From positions 224,001-288,000 of the forward strand of contig CAWIAD010000001.1 in the NCBI GenBank assembly GCA_963833985.1: DNA of 64,000 bases, written 5' to 3'. Within the stretch, counting starts at the first letter, position 1. Every line of letters begins with the position of its first letter. Under the pieces are notes generated by a model, which ran no database searches, was not told where the DNA came from, and saw nothing but the letters and a program-made list of their open reading frames with translations. A program made the position numbers and the translations under genes. Below, in pieces: positions 60,483-64,000 of the stretch. The DNA comes from an uncultured Planctomycetaceae bacterium (lineage in GTDB: Bacteria > Planctomycetota > Planctomycetia > Isosphaerales > Isosphaeraceae).

Positions 60483-60751
60483 ACTCGGCAACTGGTCATC
60501 ACGGAAACACCAAGAATCTCCGGGAGCCTTCGGCAATGCCGAAGGGACACTTCTCATTACAGTAGTAATCCGTGCAAGATATTTAGGGTTGTTACATGTG
60601 TGATCGCTCACGGGCGACTTTGCGAGCTGTGTAGACCATGGAGAACCATAGAATGGACCGGTTTGCTCCGACCATCGTTCCTGAGAGTGGCCGCGATAAT
60701 CGATGGCCATCTGGGCAAGATAATCGGTGGTGTATTTCACTGCAGGAGGAT

Positions 60752-60786
60752 CGTTCCGTTCCCCTCTCCGGAAGGGGAACGGAACG
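60752..60786. repeat. Perfect 14-bp inverted repeat
   Basis: CGTTCCGTTCCCCT-N7-AGGGGAACGGAACG. Confidence 0.9.
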
Positions 60787-60801
60787 GTCCGCTCCGGATG
60801 A

Positions 60802-61755
60802 TCAGCGGAGACGTCGCCAGCCTCCAGTTGTGCGGCCGATCTTGCCGGCGCGCTCCAGTGACTCCAGTACCGTCCCTAAACGCTCGTTCTTCACCGCCAG
60901 CGAATCACGCAGGCTCGCTCGCGTAAGCACTCGGCCTTGAGCCAGAAGATTCAGCACTTGCCCTTCGAGGTCGCGCCCGTTCCGATCATCAGGCGCTGCG
61001 ATGACCTCCAGGTGAGCTGTCCCCGCGTCGGTGGCGACCAGCTCCAGATAAACAGGCGCTACTGCCGGCGCCGACCGGTGCTCGCTGGAGAGGATCAGGT
61101 GCTCCTTCGTGCGCTGGAGATACAGGTTCGAGTCGCCGAAGGCATGTATGTCACCCGACCCACGCAGGCCCTGACCGGCGGCAACACCGTCCGCGGCGTT
61201 CTTCCGCGTGTGATGCACCAGCAGAACCGCCAGGCCAAGCTGACGCTGCAACGACCGCAGATACCCGAGTAATTCGGCGACGTCGCCAGCATGATTCTCG
61301 TCGATGCCGTGAAGTCGCACCAGGGGATCCAGCACCAGCAGCCGAGGCCGAAGCCCCCGCACTGTCTCCCACAGCCGCGTGCGGTCTCGATCGTGATCGA
61401 GCCGGAGCACCGGGACCGTGATCACGTGGATCGACACCTCGTCGAGATCCAGACCGCGATGCCGGGCCATTCCCTCGATACGTTCGCGCACAGCCCGCAG
61501 CGCATCCTCAGCCAGGTAAACCAGAACCGGTCCCGGCTCCGGTACGGCATACTTGCCCAGGCATGGTGTGCCCGTGGCTACGGAGAGGGCCATGTCCAGC
61601 CCCAGCCACGTCTTGGCGCACTTCGGAGCGCCGCCGATGACGCCCACCGCGTGGGCACACCAGAGCTGCTCCACCAGCCATCGCTCCGCGAGCTCATCGC
61701 TGGGAAGCTCGGCCACACGCACCACCGGAAGCACTTGCTCGCCACTGGTCGCCAT
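60802..61755 (-). CDS. AAA_25/RepA-like RecA-fold ATPase or helicase with C-terminal wHTH-like region
   Basis: RWLVEQLW; GAPKCAKT; YLAED; LVLDPL; LVHHTRK; LRGSG. Confidence 0.85.
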   Translation of the reverse strand: MATSGEQVLPVVRVAELPSDELAERWLVEQLWCAHAVGVIGGAPKCAKTWLGLDMALSVATGTPCLGKYAVPEPGPVLVYLAEDALRAVRERIEGMARHRGLDLDEVSIHVITVPVLRLDHDRDRTRLWETVRGLRPRLLVLDPLVRLHGIDENHAGDVAELLGYLRSLQRQLGLAVLLVHHTRKNAADGVAAGQGLRGSGDIHAFGDSNLYLQRTKEHLILSSEHRSAPAVAPVYLELVATDAGTAHLEVIAAPDDRNGRDLEGQVLNLLAQGRVLTRASLRDSLAVKNERLGTVLESLERAGKIGRTTGGWRRLR

Positions 61756-61777
61756 CGTCACACCTTCGCTTTCTTCT

Positions 61778-62603
61778 TCAGCGCGGGCGCGGGCCTCGCG
61801 GCTGATAGACCTCGAGGTAGCACTTCTCGTCAAGCTGCCCGATTTCGTGCGCCATGCCATGGGCCAAGAGCTCCACCTCCCATAATCATGAGCAAACGGT
61901 AGTTCCCCGCGCTGTGGTCGACCAGTGTCTCTGCGAGCTGGGGCGTCATGAGCGCGGCATTGCCGGCCTTGGCCAGCGCGTGTTGAAGCAACTCCAGGAG
62001 CTCTTCGCGGGTGGCGGGCTCGGTGACCAGTCGCGTGCGAATCCGGGTGCCCAGGGGCACCAGATCTTCGTGCCGCAACAGTTCCAGCAGTCGTTCATCT
62101 CCCGAGAGGATCACGGTCAAAAGCGACGTGGCATCGAAGTCGGCGCTGGAGAGAATACGCAGCTCGCAGAGGACCTCAGGGCTCATCTCCTGGGCTTCGT
62201 CGATCAGCAGCACCGGGCGGATCCGCGAGGAGGCCACGTGGGCTTTCCACCGCTCGCGGAGCGCCTTGAACCCGCACCAGCGATTGTGCGGTGCCAGCTT
62301 CACCGCGAAGATGTCCCCCAGCTCCCGATAGAAGTCGGGGCTCTTCGACTGGGGTCGCTCGATCACACCGACGGTGACATCCCGCAGCGCCGCCAGCCGC
62401 CCGGCCACAATCCGCAGCGCCACCGATTTGCCGGTGCCCGACTCACCCGTGATCAGCGCGAAGCCTCCTTCCTGGACCAATTGTTCCACGCGCCAGGCAA
62501 ATTGCTCGATCCTGGGGGGCGCCAGCAGTGCTTCGGGAGGAAGCTCGGGTGAAAACGGGTTCCATTTCAGCCCATAGAGTGCCAGCAGTTTCTTGCTATT
62601 CAT
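61778..62603 (-). CDS. ExeA-like transposition helper ATPase (frameshift near 61875)
   Basis: YGLKWNPF; GESGTGKS; LIDEAQEM; GNYRLL; shifted frame gives ELLAHGMAHEIGQLDEKCYLEV. Confidence 0.85.
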
Positions 62604-62876
62604 GAGGGTTCTCCGTTGTCTTTCGGGGATGTCCTGGGCAAATAGGCCGGCGGCATGCCCGTGGCCGAGTACTCCTGGAGGATCCTTTTCAGGAGGGGTG
62701 GCAGTTCGCCGGCGTCGCGCCGCTGCTCTGGGGACGGCACCTCGGTGCCACCGGACCCGGTCACGGCCCGGCGGCCGTCGGCGTTGGCGGCTTTGTCGAG
62801 GGGATAAATGGGAGCCAGGACGGTTCCACTTTGCTCGTCGACCAGATCGATCCGGCCGAGGTCCCAGCGGGCGTAA
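62600..62876 (-). pseudogene. C-terminal fragment of a Mu/IS481-like DDE integrase cut by IS insertion
   Basis: YARWDLGRIDLVD...IYPLDKAANADGRR...LPPLL...ATGMPPAYLP; ATGA coupling to the ATPase. Confidence 0.7.
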
Positions 62877-64000
62877 GGCGAGCGGCAGGTCTTAGTTTCC
62901 CTGCTGCTCGGTGATTCTCGGTTTGATAGTGATGTCATACTTCGGCAGGGTCGCCGATCTTTCCAATCGAGCTTCGTACTGCTTCATCTCCTTGGCGGCG
63001 ACTCGAACGCCATCGGGATACTCGCCGTGGAGGCGTTTCACGATCGGGTGCCGGCGCTTCCAGGTCATTCGTAGGGCGCATTGCAGGACCACCTTCAGGC
63101 AGTTCAGTAACACGCCGTTCCATTTCTTCTCCAGGGCCGACCAGCAGCGTTCAATCGGGTTGTATTTGCTGTGGTAGGGGGGATAGTACACCAACCGAAT
63201 CTCCAACCCCGACCAGTCGGCAAACTGGACCATCCGTTTCAGGAACTGGGTCCGCCGACCGGAGTTCTTGGGGCCGTTGTCCAGATAGATCACCAGGCGC
63301 TTGACATGCCCGAAGCCTGACCGGACCTGCAGCCACCACATGCGGAGCGCATCGGCCCAAGCGTCGCTGGTCTCGCGCGATCCGAACAGGAGCATCAATA
63401 CCCCGGTCACCCGCATCACGATGCCGAAAGGGACCAGCTTCTCCTTGGCTGGCGGATCGTGATCCCATCCCTTGGCCACTTGACCGTCGGCGGCGGTCCT
63501 GGTTTTTCCCCCCACGAGCGTAATCGCCCAATCCCACCTTCGCCTTGGTGTCCATGGAGATCTCCAGCGCCTCAGGATCGTCCCGAGCCTGTTGCTGCAC
63601 CTCCTTCACGTTGGCGAAGATCGCGTCGGTCTCCTTGGTCTTCTTCAGCGGCCTGCCCTTCTGAATCCGCTTGAGGCGGAAGTTCATGCGGTTGAGGATG
63701 TCCCGCATGGTGCGCTCGCTGGGCAACGCGTCTCGGGGATAGCCCTTGTCAATCAAGGCTCCTCGCACCTCCGCCGCCGACAGGTTCATGTACCGTCGCG
63801 ACGACTTCAGTTCCGGATCGGCGTAGGTATGGGGCTCGACGATCGCACGGATGTCCGCAGCCAGTTGCGGGTCCTTCTCTTCGCTGCGCAGCCGACCTCT
63901 CGCGACGAAATTCTCGAGACAGCGTATCCCTTGACGGGCCTCGTGCAGTCCTTTCAGGACCGTTTCTCGTCCCCAGCCGAAGCGTCGTTCAGCTTGGCGG
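62877..64000 (-). mobile_element. ISAzo13-family IS (partial); transposase 62892..>63999 with frameshift at G6-A5 (63503-63513)
   Basis: RFGWGRETV; ISMDTKAKV...RGGK; DNGPKNSGRRTQF; YYPPYHSKYNPIERCW. Confidence 0.88.

Larger units (their letters stand above)
60731..62876 (-). mobile_element. Distal part of a DDE transposon (integrase, ExeA-like ATPase, RepA-like ATPase)
   Basis: Gene trio; candidate terminus TGTATTTCAC at 60731; interrupted by ISAzo13. Confidence 0.55.

Overview
GC-rich bacterial chromosomal window that looks like Planctomycetota, probably Isosphaeraceae. The evidence is a DUF1559 prepilin-like gene, two proteins with 'LEGLExRxLL' N-termini, and ISKra4- and ISAzo13-type elements. 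It carries housekeeping genes (xerD, pyrE, recQ, manA, a ychF paralogue, a MoxR-DUF58-TgpA operon) and regulators (a sigma-70 factor, two HTH/B12-binding proteins, a REC-PAS-kinase with a REC-ANTAR partner, TetR). It also holds secreted and surface proteins, a redox/GH5 island, a complete IS with a 9-bp target duplication, a REP cluster and a nested mobile region at the right end. At least six genes have single-base frameshifts, which may be assembly errors. The most interesting hypotheses are: (1) a secreted Lys/Gln/Pro decapeptide-repeat protein divergent from a secreted GP42-like transglutaminase, possibly an enzyme-substrate pair for a cross-linked surface polymer; (2) a CxxC...RAPP (DUF2946/CruR-like) leader ORF in front of a DUF1559 gene; (3) an ANTAR-type hairpin over the start codon of the ANTAR operon; (4) two CarH-like proteins with reciprocal loss of the cobalamin His ligands; (5) an orphan promoter-leader-terminator; (6) a transposon that appears to carry a RepA-like helicase and a long palindrome. 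All family assignments are by eye from motifs; no searches were run.
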